DNA of 64,000 nucleotides, from the NCBI GenBank assembly GCA_951406725.2, contig OX597829.1, positions 6,386,001-6,450,000 of the forward strand, written 5' to 3'. Source of the DNA: Octopus vulgaris. Lineage: Eukaryota. Numbering within the stretch: the stretch's first letter is position 1; each line of letters begins with the position of its first letter. Below, piece after piece: positions 42,173 to 57,655 of the stretch. The position numbers and the translations under genes are program-made. The notes under the pieces are model-generated. The model did no database searches and had not been told where the DNA came from. It saw only the letters and a list, made by a program, of their open reading frames with translations.

Positions 42173-44873
42173 ATGGGATCATAATCAAGATTGGTTGTGT
42201 GAATGCACGTGGCTTGGGATCCCCTTGGAAACAAGGGTACCTCTTAAATGACATCAAGTCACATGATTAAGGAATCATAGCCATAAGGGAGACCAAACTC
42301 CATGAGCCACGGGCTCTAAAGTCCTTGTTTAGCGGACAGTTTAACTTATTTTTTATCCTTGTCTGCCGAGAATGGGCGGTAGTGGCACGACGGTACTTTT
42401 TTGCAAGAGTCTGGATCTGAAAGTAAAGACGATATTCGTGGACCCGGAGGGTAGAATGGTTGACCTGGATTTCGGCGGCAGCGATAGGTGCGCTTTTCGA
42501 CACCTAGCAGTCTATGCACCGCCTTTAATAGGTCGACCAGGTTTCTTTCGACGTCTAGAATTATTCCTGGGAACGTTTCGTCCATTAGTGGGGGATTGGA
42601 ATGCTACCTTGGACATGCATCTAGACTCCGTGGGGAGAGACGAAAATAGACGGGGATGTAAATGCCTCAGAGACCTGCACGGACGCTTTCAACTCTCTGA
42701 CAAGTACCAACTCGAACACCCAAAGGCGCCAACGTGGACATGGAGCAACCAAAATGGGTCGTCGAGATCGTATCTAGATAGGATATTATGTAGGACAGTC
42801 GATAGGGATAGCTTAGGATGTCCACCATTCTACATAGTCAGCTACACAGATCACAAACTTATGACATGTACGCTAGACTTACATAAGGCACATAGGCAGG
42901 GTCCCGGTTACTGGAAACTGAACGCGTCTTTCCCGTAGAGACAGGTTTTCAGAGACCGAATTAGCACACTAGTAAAGAGGGCTTTGACGGGAGCCATCGT
43001 CAACAACAAATGGTGGTTTGCCCTCAAGAGAGCAATAAAAGCAGAAGCAATTAGGTATAGCAATGCACTATCCATAGATATAAACAGAGTAGAGGGTGAG
43101 CTAGTTAAGAAGTTAGAAGAGGCAATAAGAAGCGGTATCACATCCGACGTTTTGGCGGCGAGGTTGGCCCTCGACCAGCACTTCAATGCCAAACACGAAG
43201 GGAGTGTTGTCAGGGCTAGGATGCTTGTTCTAAGGAACGGTGTTGGAGCCGTGTGAGAGGCCTGGCTGGCGGAGGCGCAACGGGGCAACAAAGCCACCAT
43301 TCGGTCTCTAGTAGATGAACAGGGGCGCGAATTGCTTGTGCCCAGCAAGATGTGCGAGGCGTTTCAGTGGCATTTTGCCCGACTGTTCGGAATGAGTGGC
43401 GAGCGAGAACGCAGGTTGGACTTCAGTGACTACCTGCACAGCCTGCCATGACTCTCGGCAAGTGAGGCAGAGTGGTGCGAAGGTGCTATCACGGCGGCGG
43501 AAGTGAGGGACACGATGGCGGGATACTCGAGGGACAAATCGCTGGGTTTGGATGGTCTGCCCTACGAGCTTTACTATTGTATGCCAGACTTGTTTGGAGA
43601 CGTCTTGGCTGCGGTGTACTGCAACTCGCAGCAGAACGGGAACATACCCGGTTTTGTGAGTCGAGGAGCCGTAACGCCGCTAATGAAAGATCCAAACAAG
43701 AGGGATATTTTAGATAACTTTAGGCCCATCACTCTGCTCAATGCAGACTTGAAAATTTTTGGCCAAGGTGTTAGCCAAGAGGTTGGCGCTTGTTATCGAG
43801 AAACTGGTCGCATAGATAGGGTAGTTAAGGAACCTGGCATGGGTGAGGCCCTGACCAATTTGGATCAATCCAAAGCTTTCGATAGGGTAGAACTTGTCTC
43901 GACCCCACCGTCACCAAACTGGAACGCATCCTCTTCCGCTTCTTGTGGAAAGGAAACGTTCCGATGGTCAAGCAATCCGTTTGCTGTCAACACCCGCTGA
44001 AATGAGGGCTGGGCATGCCGTGGTTGATGATGCGCAGACACACGCTGAGACTGAGACATCGCAGGCTCTACGTAGACGAGGGTGAGCAGGTGTGGTCGCC
44101 GTTTGTACGACGCGCTTTCCCGCAGCTCGTCTCCATGACCGAGCTGCAGTCGTGTATCAGAAATAAGCCGAGGAAGGCGAATGTCACCGCGAGTGTCGCG
44201 TTGCTCTCCAGCAACTCTGCCGTCCTGGGTCGAACATGAGCGACTGCATCACCACGAAAGCATTTTATAGGGGATTAGTGGAGATGAGGTACGACGACGA
44301 TCTCGGGGTGAACCTGGGAGTCGACGAGGAATACCTGACCCGCCTGTTCAAGACAACTTTCGGGCCGGGACTTATGGGCAATTTCCAGAGGTTCCTGGCC
44401 TGGCAGTGCTATAGTTATCCATTCGGGATTAGCTCTATAGACATGGTTCGAGAAGCACGGGGCCGACCTACCCGAGATGCGGTCAGGGCGACGAAACTGT
44501 TCTGCACGCCTCGTACAGAGTCCAACCATTTCCGACCTGTTGGCTTATGTCGAACGACTGCAGTTACGTGTGGGACGAGTCGGTTTATCAGCCGAGTCTA
44601 TCGTCACTATTGTCACGCCTCCTTCCTTCAAACGGGAAGGAAGAGCTATTTTTATAATACTTGTGGCTATGGCGAAAGAATGTATCTATTGGACGCGTCT
44701 GAAAGGATTAGAGACAAACACTTTCCTGTCTGGTCAATCAACCTTTTCAAGTATCACTTGAAAAGGAAGTAGAGAGGGAAGTTTTTTCTAGCGACTGTTT
44801 AAAAAAAATATTGGTGAATGTATCAAGGATGGCACGTATGAATGACGAAGCCACCTTGAGCATGATCCTATGA
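42173..44873 (+). pseudogene. Tx1 ORF2 (APE endonuclease + reverse transcriptase), disrupted and internally deleted
   Basis: IGCVNARGL, IRETKL, VGDWNA, TW..SRSYLDRI, YTDHK, GYWKLN, KSLGLDGLPYELY, NFRPITLLNADLKI, LDQSKAFDRV, then LERILFRFLWKG and PRCGQGDETVLH; no QG or YADD region. Confidence 0.92.
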
Positions 44874-45453
44874 ACCACGAATATTTAAAACAGAGAATTA
44901 CTTATATGTAAATTAATATGTTAATATGTGACGTAATTGCACGCGGTTACTGTGGTCTTTTCGTAGGTTTTTCTTTCCATAGATAAACCGCCCCATTTCT
45001 TACTATTTCGACATTTTTTGCATACATCCCCAACGATTTTGATCCATTTTGATTGTTGTAACAATTTTTTTTTACTTTGTTTTCGTCCCCCTCGAAAAGA
45101 AAAACTCTACGTTGTAATTGTCCCCATCCTGCTAGAATAAGGTTTGTTTAAGGATGATTAACGAAACATCCACGTTTCCAGAGATGAATTATTCAAACCC
45201 CAAATAATTCTTCTCAACACATGGACAACACATGCTCCCCCAGTACTATTGCTCGTGATCAAAAATGCACATATCGCCAGCCACCACGGGTTATGATCAA
45301 GTAACTGACAAGCAAATCTGTGCTATTATGCATATTGTAGCCCAAATTTTGTGCGAAGACAAAACATGTGCTTGATAACTCTTCCAATGAGTTAAGATCA
45401 AAAGCCATGTGATCCAGTGCCTGATACTGCATCATGGTATTATTATTATTATG

Positions 45454-45525
<72 letters not shown>

Positions 45526-45550
45526 ATTATTATTATTATTATTATTATGT

Positions 45551-45596
<46 letters not shown>

Positions 45597-45744
45597 CATT
45601 ATTGTCTATTATTACTATCATTATTATCATTCTTCTTCTTATTATTATTATTAATTATTATTATGATTATTATTATCATTAATTATTATGATTATTATTA
45701 TTATTATTATTATCATCATCATCAACATTATTATTATTATTATC

Positions 45745-45783
<39 letters not shown>

Positions 45784-45785
<2 letters not shown>

Positions 45786-45811
45786 ATTTTCTGGTGTGTG
45801 CCTATACCATC

Positions 45812-45816
<5 letters not shown>
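45784..45816 (-). mobile_element. 33-bp island of the Dong/R4 element
   Basis: rc aaaaagatggtataggcacacaccagaaaatgt is 32/33 identical to 35140-35172 (KRWYRHTPE). Confidence 0.85.
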
Positions 45817-45845
<29 letters not shown>

Positions 45846-45885
45846 CATCATCATCATGTATATATTCTTATTATTATTATTATTA

Positions 45886-45925
<40 letters not shown>

Positions 45926-46081
45926 CATTATTATTATTATTATTATTATCATTATTATTATTATTATTATTATTAGTTATCATCATCATTATTATTATTA
46001 TTATTATTATTATCTTTTTTAGTTTATGCAGTATTTACCATATTATTATTATTATTATCATTATTATTATTATTATTATTA

Positions 46082-46122
<41 letters not shown>

Positions 46123-46149
46123 CTTCTTCTTATTATTGTTTATTATGGT

Positions 46150-46320
46150 ATTATTTATGTTTGTATTGTCAGCTTCCTTAAATACTGAGAACAGTTTTTT
46201 GTTTTGCTCGTGTTTTGCTGCTATCTGGATCAGTTTTCGTTCCTTCTGAAGTAGGTATTTTTGCAGTCCTATGGTGGTTATTTTATAGTAGTTTTCCAGC
46301 TGTATAAGGCCTCTAACATT
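46150..46320 (-). mobile_element. Internal Dong/R4-type ORF island (post-RT 'GRGL' region)
   Basis: RGLIQLENYYKITTIGLQKYLLQKERKLIQIAAKHEQNKKLFSVFKEAD. Confidence 0.75.
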
Positions 46321-46329
46321 ATCATTGTA

Positions 46330-46392
<63 letters not shown>

Positions 46393-46418
46393 CATCATTA
46401 TTAAGGATATTATTATTA

Positions 46419-46458
<40 letters not shown>

Positions 46459-46551
46459 CATTATTATTATTATTATTATTACGATTATTATTATTATTAT
46501 TATTATTTTATTATTCATTATTATTATCATTATTATTATTAGTTATTATTA

Positions 46552-46586
<35 letters not shown>

Positions 46587-46588
<2 letters not shown>

Positions 46589-47133
46589 AGGCAGTAAAAT
46601 GGTAGAGTTGTTAGCATATCGGTCAAAATGTTCAGCATCATTTCATGGTTACGGATCTTCTCTTTTAAGTGTTGAAAAAATCTTTTCCCTTTGGTAAATC
46701 GATGAAGTCTTTAATAGTGATAAGCACTGGGTCATTTCAGATAACTCTTACATTCCATATATAAATGCTAATCTCGTGTTTAAGTTAGAAAACATAATTA
46801 TATCGATGATTATAACGATGAAGATGATGGTGGTGGTTATGATGAGGAAAGTGATAATTTCTCTAACGGAAAACTTTGGTTTTCATGACAACAACAACGA
46901 TAAGAACTGTTAGCTATCGTTTCTATATGTAGTTGTAGAAGTAGCAATATTAGGAGTAATGGCTAAAAACAACATCAATAATAACAATAAAGTTACTATG
47001 AACAACAACAACAAGGACTACTATTACTACTACTACTACTACTACTACTACAACTAAAACAGCAATAACGACGACGACAGCAACAACAGCAATAACAACA
47101 ACAACAAAAACAACAACAATAATAATAACAACA

Positions 47134-47196
<63 letters not shown>

Positions 47197-47207
47197 ATTA
47201 TTATCAA

Positions 47208-47299
<92 letters not shown>

Positions 47300-47853
47300 T
47301 TATCATTATTAAAGGCAGTAAAATGGTAGAGTTGTTAGCATATCGGTCAAAATGTTCAGCATCATTTCTTCCGGATCTTCTCTTTTAACTGTTGAAAAAA
47401 CGCATTTTTTCCTTTGGGGTCGATAAGTTATAATACTTGATAAGCACTCGGGTATCAGCTAACTCTTACATTCAAAAAATGCTAATCTCGTGTTTAAGTT
47501 AGAAAACATAATTATATCGATGATTATAACGATGAAGATGATGGTGGTGGTTATGATGAGGAAAGTGATAATTTCTCTAACGGAAAACAATGACAACAAC
47601 AACGATAAGAACATAGCTATCGTTTCTATATGTAGTTGTAGAAGTAGCAATATTAGGAGTAATAAAAACAACATCAATAATAACAATAAAGTTACTATGA
47701 ACAACAACAACAAGGACTACTACTACTACTACTACAACTAAAACAGCAATAACGACGACGACAGCAACAACAACAACAACAACAACAACAAAAACAACAA
47801 CAATAATAATAACAACAACAACAAAAACAATAATAATAATAATAATAATAATG

Positions 47854-47888
<35 letters not shown>

Positions 47889-47890
47889 TC
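46587..47890 (+). repeat. ~724-bp tandem duplication of a degenerate SINE plus trinucleotide-rich flank
   Basis: aaaggcagtaaaatggtagagttgttagcatatcggtcaaaatgttcagcatcattt at 46587 and 47311; the downstream mosaic is also shared. Confidence 0.9.
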
Positions 47891-48233
47891 TGATGTTATA
47901 TGATATATCACTGTGGTAGTTAATTGAGCCCGGTAGAAGATCATTTGTCATAAAACAAACATAGGGAAAAGATATTCTTGAAGGTAGGATAGGATTGTGC
48001 GATGCCAGCGATGACATAGTACTAAGAGTCACTCTCCTTTTCTTGAAATGGGTATTAAATAATAATCTCCTTATTGAAGCAGTTTTGCAGGGATTTTCGA
48101 TAGCTTTCAAACTGAATTTGATACATTATTGTCCACTGAAGGAGACAGAGTCGGAGATGAAGAATCGTAGGTAGAATGCAGGGAGGAGGTATAAAATAGC
48201 GAACTTTAGTAGGTATATAGATAAATGGATAGC

Positions 48234-48264
<31 letters not shown>

Positions 48265-50679
48265 CTGTGCATACATACATACATTCATAGAAGCGTACAT
48301 ATATTCACAAATAAACATTTATACGCACACGCACATATATATGTGTGTATGTATGTATGTATGCATGTATGCTTATGTTCATATTCAATATGCAATAGAT
48401 TATATGTAATTTACAATATAATACAAGTATGCATAAATGCCTATGAATGTGTGAGTATACAGAAAGCGAAAGAGAGTGAGCAGAAGGAAGAGGGCGAGAG
48501 AAGGAGTATTTATAAAGAAAGAGAAATGCAGGAGTTAACAAAGTGAGAGAGCAGAGCAGCAGTAGGAAATATTTAAGTTTAGAAGACATAAATATAAAGA
48601 GATAGATTTAGAAAAGGGATACATATTTTAAGATCAAACAAGAAAAGAGGGAGAAGCAGTGATTAGAGAAAAGATGGGAGTGTTATATGAGGGTTGCAAT
48701 AAAAAAACAACAGGATAATATATAAGATAGGCAGAAGAGTATAAAGGTGAAGAGAATGTATAGTGAAGTACGAGAGGACTTTAAAGAGACAGAGAAAAAG
48801 TAGAGACGCCGTGAGAGAGGAGAATATATATGTGAGATGAATGTAGAGAGCACAGTTAGATTTGTAGAGAGAAAAAAAGGGATGCAGATAAGGAAGACGA
48901 CGATAATAAAGAAACCAGGAAAAAAAAGTAAAGATTAAGGAATTCAGTGAGAGGGGAGTTTAGATATGGGAGTGTGGGTGAGTGAGTGGATACCTTGAAA
49001 TAAAGTGATATTTACCAAATTTAGAATCATAGAAACACCAACACACGTATATACACTCATACACTGCCACTGAAACACACGAACACAAGTATATAAGTAT
49101 AGATGTGTGTGTCTGCGTGTGTGTACACATACACACACATATATATATATATGTACGCACCCATAATACATGCATACATGTATGTATGTATATGTGTGTG
49201 TATGTGTGTATGTACAAAGCGGGTGAGAGAGACTAATAGGACAAAGAAAGATGGAAGAGATTTTGATAAATTGATAGAGAAAGCTAGGGAGGTGAATAGA
49301 GAGAAGAGAAATGGAATGGAGTAGAGAGTGGGTGGCGATGGGGAAGAAGACAAATAATAAGTTAGGGGGTGGGTGTGGGGAGTTTCAAAATAAAGTGATG
49401 TTTATCAAATCTAGTATCATGCAAAGAATTTTTAAAAAAATGTCAAGTTGTTTAAATTGAAACCAAACTTATTTCCAAAACGTTTGACTTTCTAATAATA
49501 TTTTCCATTTTCTTGCTTTCATTTTTCTCTTTCTATCCACTTTCTCTCTTTTTAACATCCTTTATATACTTTTTTCCCTCTTATTTCCCCCTTCATCCTC
49601 TTTTTTCTCTTTTTACTACTTTATTTTTTTCCTCTTTTACACAATATTTTTAACTTTCTTTCCCACTTTCTATATTTACTTCGTTCATATATTTTTTGTG
49701 TTTTTCTTTCTTTCTCTCTTTCATTCATTATTTCTTTCTCTCTGTCTCTTACTTCTTTATTTTCCCTATTCTTTCCTTCCTTAAATGTTTATGTATATGT
49801 ATGTGTCTTTATGCTGTCTTCATGTCTTATATTAATTTGCATCTTCTACATCAAATCTATACTTCTTTTATCACCAACACCATCAGCGTCACAACCACAA
49901 CCGTCACCTCCACCATCACCAACATCAATACTAGCCACCCCGCCATTCCACCGTACCATCACCATCACCATTAAATCCACTCACCAACCAACCAGCCAAC
50001 CAACAAACCAAACAACCATCACTACCCTCTTTTTTCCATTATAGTTTTCATGATACTTGAGACTTTTTCTAAACATTTTAATACTTTTTACTTTATTTTA
50101 TTTATTACATTCATTCATCTTTTGTTTTAATTCAAACACACACCCACACATACACACACGCACACACAGACACATATATGTATGTATATTTACGTATCCC
50201 CCACTCTCTTTCTCTCAGCTCCTCCCAACGCATGCATATCTTAGTTTTAAAATATAAAATCTCTTTTAAACACTCCTTTTCTTCTTGCTTTATCTCCTCC
50301 TCTTCTTTAATTCCAACTCTAGCCCCATCTGTAGCTTTATTTTATTTATTTATTTATTCATCTATTTTATTCATTTATTTATATTTTTATAGAAATGTTT
50401 ATCAGGATTTTTTGGTGATGGGTATGGTTGGTTTAGGAATTGGTCTTTTCGTTTATCGTCAGTCTATTGCACTCATCAATCTGCCTCCCCACTTTTTCTT
50501 CTACCATCACTGCGAGCACCACCATCACAACTGATGACGCCACCACCACCACCACCGTCAAAATCAAGCTTACCATCATCACAACCACGGCCACTGCCAC
50601 TACCACTTTCTCCTTTGCTTCTACCTTTATCACTAGCACCAGCATGTCTACCACCAGGAATATCGTCACCGCAGCAACC

Positions 50680-52165
<1,486 letters not shown>

Positions 52166-52629
52166 CCATTAACATCACTAATCCAAATATCATCGCCATC
52201 AACGTCATCACTACGTATTCCTTCGTTACCGATAGCATTTCCATCACTACCACACTACTGCTAGCGTCATATCCAGGTGATCATTGTCACAATCGACCAC
52301 ATCACAATCATCATCAACATCACCATCAGCAACACAATCCTGATGACCATCATTTCTGAAATCTTAATCATGGTCATCATATTATTGACCGTCATCATCG
52401 TAAGCATCATCATAAACATAATCGTTATCACCGTCGTCGTCATCGTCAATGTCGTCACAGCAGAACCACCACTAACACCACTACAGTCACTACAACCATC
52501 ATAAAAACCACCATTAACATCACCTCCGACAGCACCAACATCATCATAACCATCATCATCCTCATCACCACCATCACCATCACCATCATCGTCGTCGTCG
52601 TCGTCGCCATCGTTATCATAATCATCTTT

Positions 52630-52836
52630 AAGCTGACGGAATCGTTAAAACGCCGAGCGAAATGCTTAGGGATATTTCGTTTGTCACGACGTTCTGAGTT
52701 CAAATCCTGCCGAGGTCGACTTTGCTTTTCATCCTTTCGGGCTCGATTAAATAAGTACCAGTTAGGCACTGGGGTCGATATAATCGACTTAATCCCTTCC
52801 CCAAAATTTCAAGACTTGTGCCTATAGTAGAAAGGA
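52630..52836 (+). mobile_element. tRNA-derived SINE (family of 21338)
   Basis: agctgacggaatcgtt..gttctgagttcaaatcctgccgaggtcgactttgc..ttgtgcctatagtagaaagg. Confidence 0.88.
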
Positions 52837-53254
52837 TTATTATCAGCATCCTTAGCGTCGTTGCTATCATTTTTATTAAAACACTTTCCCATCTTCTGTT
52901 TTGTTTTGTTTTGTTTTTTACTTTTATTCAAACTATTTTTATTTAGATCCTTAAATTCAATTATTTCTTGTTTTTCTTTCTGGTTTTCATTTTTCACCGT
53001 TTATTCCAATATCTTTCGTTCATTCGTTCATTCATTTCCCCCTCTTTCTTTCTTTAATTCGAGCTCTTTTTTATCTTTCTTACTTTTGGATTTCATTTTA
53101 TTTTTCTGCAAATTATACAAATTTCTTGATTTTTTAATAATTTCTTCCTTTACGTGTAAAATTAATTATTTTTTCTTTCTTTCCAACAGATTTTCGCTCG
53201 TATAGGATTCAGACTTTTATTACTTCTTCTATACACATATACACATACATGCAC

Positions 53255-53522
53255 GATACCATACATGCATACATACATACATACATACATACATACATAC
53301 ATACGTACATACATACATACATACATACATACATACATACATACATACATACATACATACATGCACAATACCATACATACATACATACATACATACATAC
53401 GCACACAGATACATACATACATACATACATACATACATACATACATACACGCATACATGCACAATACCATACATACATACATACATACATACATACATAC
53501 ATACATACGTACATACATACAC
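53255..53522. repeat. (TACA)n with recurring GCACAATACCA variant
   Basis: Direct reading. Confidence 0.93.
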
Positions 53523-53524
53523 AG

Positions 53525-54630
53525 TATGCAACATCTCCATTAATGATTTGATTTCTTGCCTTGTACCTGACGAGGAATATTACAGGTATCTAGGGGTGGA
53601 TAAAGATATATCACACAATGGCACCTGTAACAAAACACGTGTCACTAAAGGACAGTACAGCCGAATAAAGAAAATCTGAGCCTCAAAACTCTGCATGCAA
53701 AAAAAAAGTGGCCCACAATGTGTTTGCAGTGCCAGTACTCATGCCAATATTTGGGCTCTTTGATTGGACACTTGAGATCCGAGCCATGGATGTGAAAACC
53801 CAATACATACTAACAAGCACTCATAATTTGCACGTAAACAGTGACGTAGACTGCCTCTACCTAAAACGAAAGCAAGGCGGCATTTATTTATTTATCAAAA
53901 TAAATGCCTTTGAGTGTTGCATCATATCCCTTCGGCAACATCTTCATACATACATACATGTATACATACATACATACATACATACATACATACATACATA
54001 CATACATACATACATGCATACATACATACATACATACATACATACACACTTTGTAGGGTTCACACTGAAAATATCCCCTACATCATAAGCAGTTGTCCGG
54101 GTATGTCATCACAGTATTATCTTCTTATGAGACATGACGTTATAGCTAGGACATTCTATAACGAAATCCATCGGAAGGATGATCTTGAACGCAAAGAAAT
54201 AAGAATTGACAATATGTTAGAAACCATAGCCACTAATAAGGAAAATGATTACTGGTGGAATGTACCAGTGAAAACCTCAATAAAATGTAAGCACAACAGA
54301 CCTGATATAATGATTTGGGATAGAGAAGAGAAACTGTGCAGAGTTGTGGAAATTAGCTGCTCAGTAGAAGTTAACATAAAGTTGAAGATCAGTGAAACAG
54401 AGAACACCTATGCCGATCTATTGAGAAATCTGCAGTTACTCTATCCAGATTACAAGTTCAGGTTTATACCTGTAATTATTGGGGCCCTGGGATATGTAAC
54501 ACACTGCCGAAATACCAAATTTGAGAAATTAAACTTCCCAAAACCAGAAATGAGAAAGCTAATTCGAAGACTTGACATCCAATCCATCACTGTAAAACTT
54601 TTCAGAAGCTTATCGTTTAAACGTATATGA
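53525..54630 (+). mobile_element. RLE-type (Dong/R4-like) LINE 3' part embedded in (TACA)n and interrupted by (TACA)n at 53946-54047
   Basis: YRYLGV, AHNVFAVPVL..FG..DWT, SDVDCLYLKRKQGG; then [51 protein letters not shown]. Confidence 0.9.
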
Positions 54631-54662
54631 GCATGTCTAGATATGTAGTTATATGCATAGGA

Positions 54663-55693
54663 ATACATACATAAAAACATACATACATACATACATACAT
54701 ACATGCATACATACATACATACATACATACATGCATACATACATACATACATGCATACATACATACATACATACATACATACATACATACATACATACAT
54801 ACATACATACATGCATACATACATACATACATACATACATACATACATACATACATACATACATACATACATACATACATGCATACATACATACATACAT
54901 GCACATACATACATACATACATACATACATACATACATACATACATACATACATACATACATGCATACATACATACATACATACATACATACATACATAC
55001 ATACATACATACATACATACATACATACATACATACATACATACATACATACATACATACATACATACATACATACATACATACATACATACATACATAC
55101 ATACATACATACATACATACATACATACATACATACATACATACATACATACATACATACATGCATACATACATACATACATACATACATACATACATAC
55201 ATACATACATACATACATACATACATACATGCATACATACATACATGCATACATACATACATACATACATGCATACATACATACATACATACATACATAC
55301 ATACATACATACATGCATACATACATACATACATACATACATACATGCATGCATGCATACATGCATACATACACACACATACATACATACATACATACAT
55401 ACATACATACATACATACATGCATACATACATACATACATACATACATACATACATACATACATACATACATACATACATACATGCATACATACATACAT
55501 ACATACATACATACATGCATACACACATACATACATACACATACATACATACATACATACATACATGCATACATATACATACATACATACATACACACAC
55601 ATACATACATACATACATGCATACATACATACATACATACATACATACATACATACATACATACATACATACATACATACATACATACATACA
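54663..55693. repeat. ~1 kb (TACA)n array with TGCA variants
   Basis: Direct reading. Confidence 0.98.
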
Positions 55694-55911
55694 AACAAAA
55701 GTACCCTCTTGTTGATGTTGAAATTCCAGTGAAGGAACCTTGGGTCTAGGTTAGAAACTGGTTCTTTCTATATTGGCAAGAAATGTTGAAATAAAACTGC
55801 ATAATGACATAAAAGCATGTAATATTTCAAAATTTCCAATGCTGAATACAATTTGTCTTCAAGTAACGAAGCAAATCTATCTAATACTCTACACACACAC
55901 ACACACACACA

Positions 55912-55989
<78 letters not shown>

Positions 55990-56505
55990 CGACATGGAAT
56001 ACGATATAAGAAAACATGTAATACGAAGGCAAACCTGGGTATGCTCACAACGAGAGAATCAAATAGAAAGCAAGACAAGTGATATAAAGAACGGCCTTTC
56101 ATCAGTTGTCGGCTGTTTATTTACTCCACATTTCGAGCAATTCACGACAATATGTTCTTCGAGAATCACTCCCGTGAACCAAAATAAAATTTGGAATTTG
56201 CGGAGGGTCAATGTTGTTAACAAAAACAGGACATACAACAAACCAAACCAAACGAAAAGAAACAGGGTGGGCTGTTAGGCCAGACGAGGTAAGGTAGCGA
56301 ACGCTGGAAGAATATTCTTTGATAAAAGAAAAGATAGGAAAGGAGACAGATAAGAATGGATCTGGTAGATAAACAGCTGGCAACTAATGAAGGGTCGTCC
56401 TTTATGTTACTTGTCTCGTTTTCCATTTGTTTCTCTCGTTGTTCGCATACCAAGGTTTGCCTTCGTATTTCGTAATTCATGTCGTTTTCGTATTTCATGT
56501 TGCTT
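55990..56505. repeat. Two diverged ~135-bp copies in inverted orientation (55990-56126 and 56362-56505)
   Basis: ORF track gives IRRQTWVCSQRENQIESKTSDIK on + and IRRQTLVCEQREKQMENETSNIK on -; contains CTGATGA/CTAATGA half-motifs. Confidence 0.85.
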
Positions 56506-56754
56506 ACGTTGTGTGACGTCCTGTACCCATATATGCACATATGTGTACATATACATGTAAGAACGTACATTTATGTATATATGTATGTATATATGTATAT
56601 ATATTTTTTTATTTATATTATTATAGGATTGAACGCCGCGCATTCATTTCCAAGTTAGGATATATATATATATAATATTATATTTATATCCGTACATGTC
56701 AATTCATATATACATATATAATGTAATGTAATATAGTATACTCAAATAACACAC

Positions 56755-56788
<34 letters not shown>

Positions 56789-56790
56789 AA

Positions 56791-57655
56791 GATATCATTT
56801 TTATTTAAAATAGTAACAATGATAAAGTGGTGAAGCTTGCTAAACCAAAATAAGCAAAATATACATAAAAATGTGTGTACAAAATGTACCAGCTATGCTA
56901 AAAGAGGAGTCAACTCTCTCAGCCACATATCTTTCATTATAAGTAAACATGCACACTTAATGAAGTGAATGTAAGAAAAATAACATCTACTTTTGCAAAA
57001 TTACAAAGAAAACTACAGGCATCTCAGTATCAATTGATTTCATCTTTTGTGATACCAGCACTTAGGATCATCACTGAATTTACTGTATAAAGCAATTTTT
57101 CAAAATATGTTCCCTATGCCGCGCGCGTCTGTTCACCTCCCCGGCATTAAAAAATGAACAATAGTGTGTAAGTTAAAAATTCAAATACGATATCATTATT
57201 ATCAAAATTAATAACAATGATAAAGTGGCCCACAAACTCAAACAAGATAGGTAAAATACACATAAAAATTAGGGTTCAAAGCGTACCAGATACGGTAGAA
57301 AGAAGAATCAACTCTCTTATTTCTCGTAACTAAACACTCACGGTCAATGAAGCGAATATAATAAAAATAGCTATACCTTTCCAAAACTACAAACAAAAGT
57401 ACTGACATCTCACTATCAATCGATTTCACCTTATAGTTTTATACAGTAAGCTTCGCTGATGATTCTAAATGGTGGTAGCACAAAAGGTGAGATTAATTGA
57501 TAATGAGGTGTCTGTAGTTTTCTTTGCAGTTTTGTAGCCCTTAGGCTATTTTAATCATATTCTCGACATTAACCGTGCGTATTTACTTATAGTGAGAAAT
57601 ATATGCCTTTGGAGAGTTGACTCTTCTTTCTTTTGTAGCTGGTACATTTTGCACC

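Larger units (their letters stand above)
40230..45140 (+). mobile_element. Near full-length, decayed Tx1-clade (L1-related) LINE
   Basis: ORF1 with zinc knuckle, then APE endonuclease, RT, C-terminal zinc finger and T-rich 3' UTR; boundaries approximate. Confidence 0.88.
45438..46587. repeat. (ATT)n array containing small LINE-derived islands
   Basis: Direct reading. Confidence 0.95.

Noticed and set aside
47900-48230. Possible host exon (ttttgcag|G..AG|gt on +; strong polypyrimidine-AG on -)
   Set aside because: No recognisable protein, early stops and no partner exons; needs RNA-seq
53567-53575. CTGACGA hammerhead core
   Set aside because: Part of LINE coding sequence (PDEEYYRYLG) with no matching GAAA or stems
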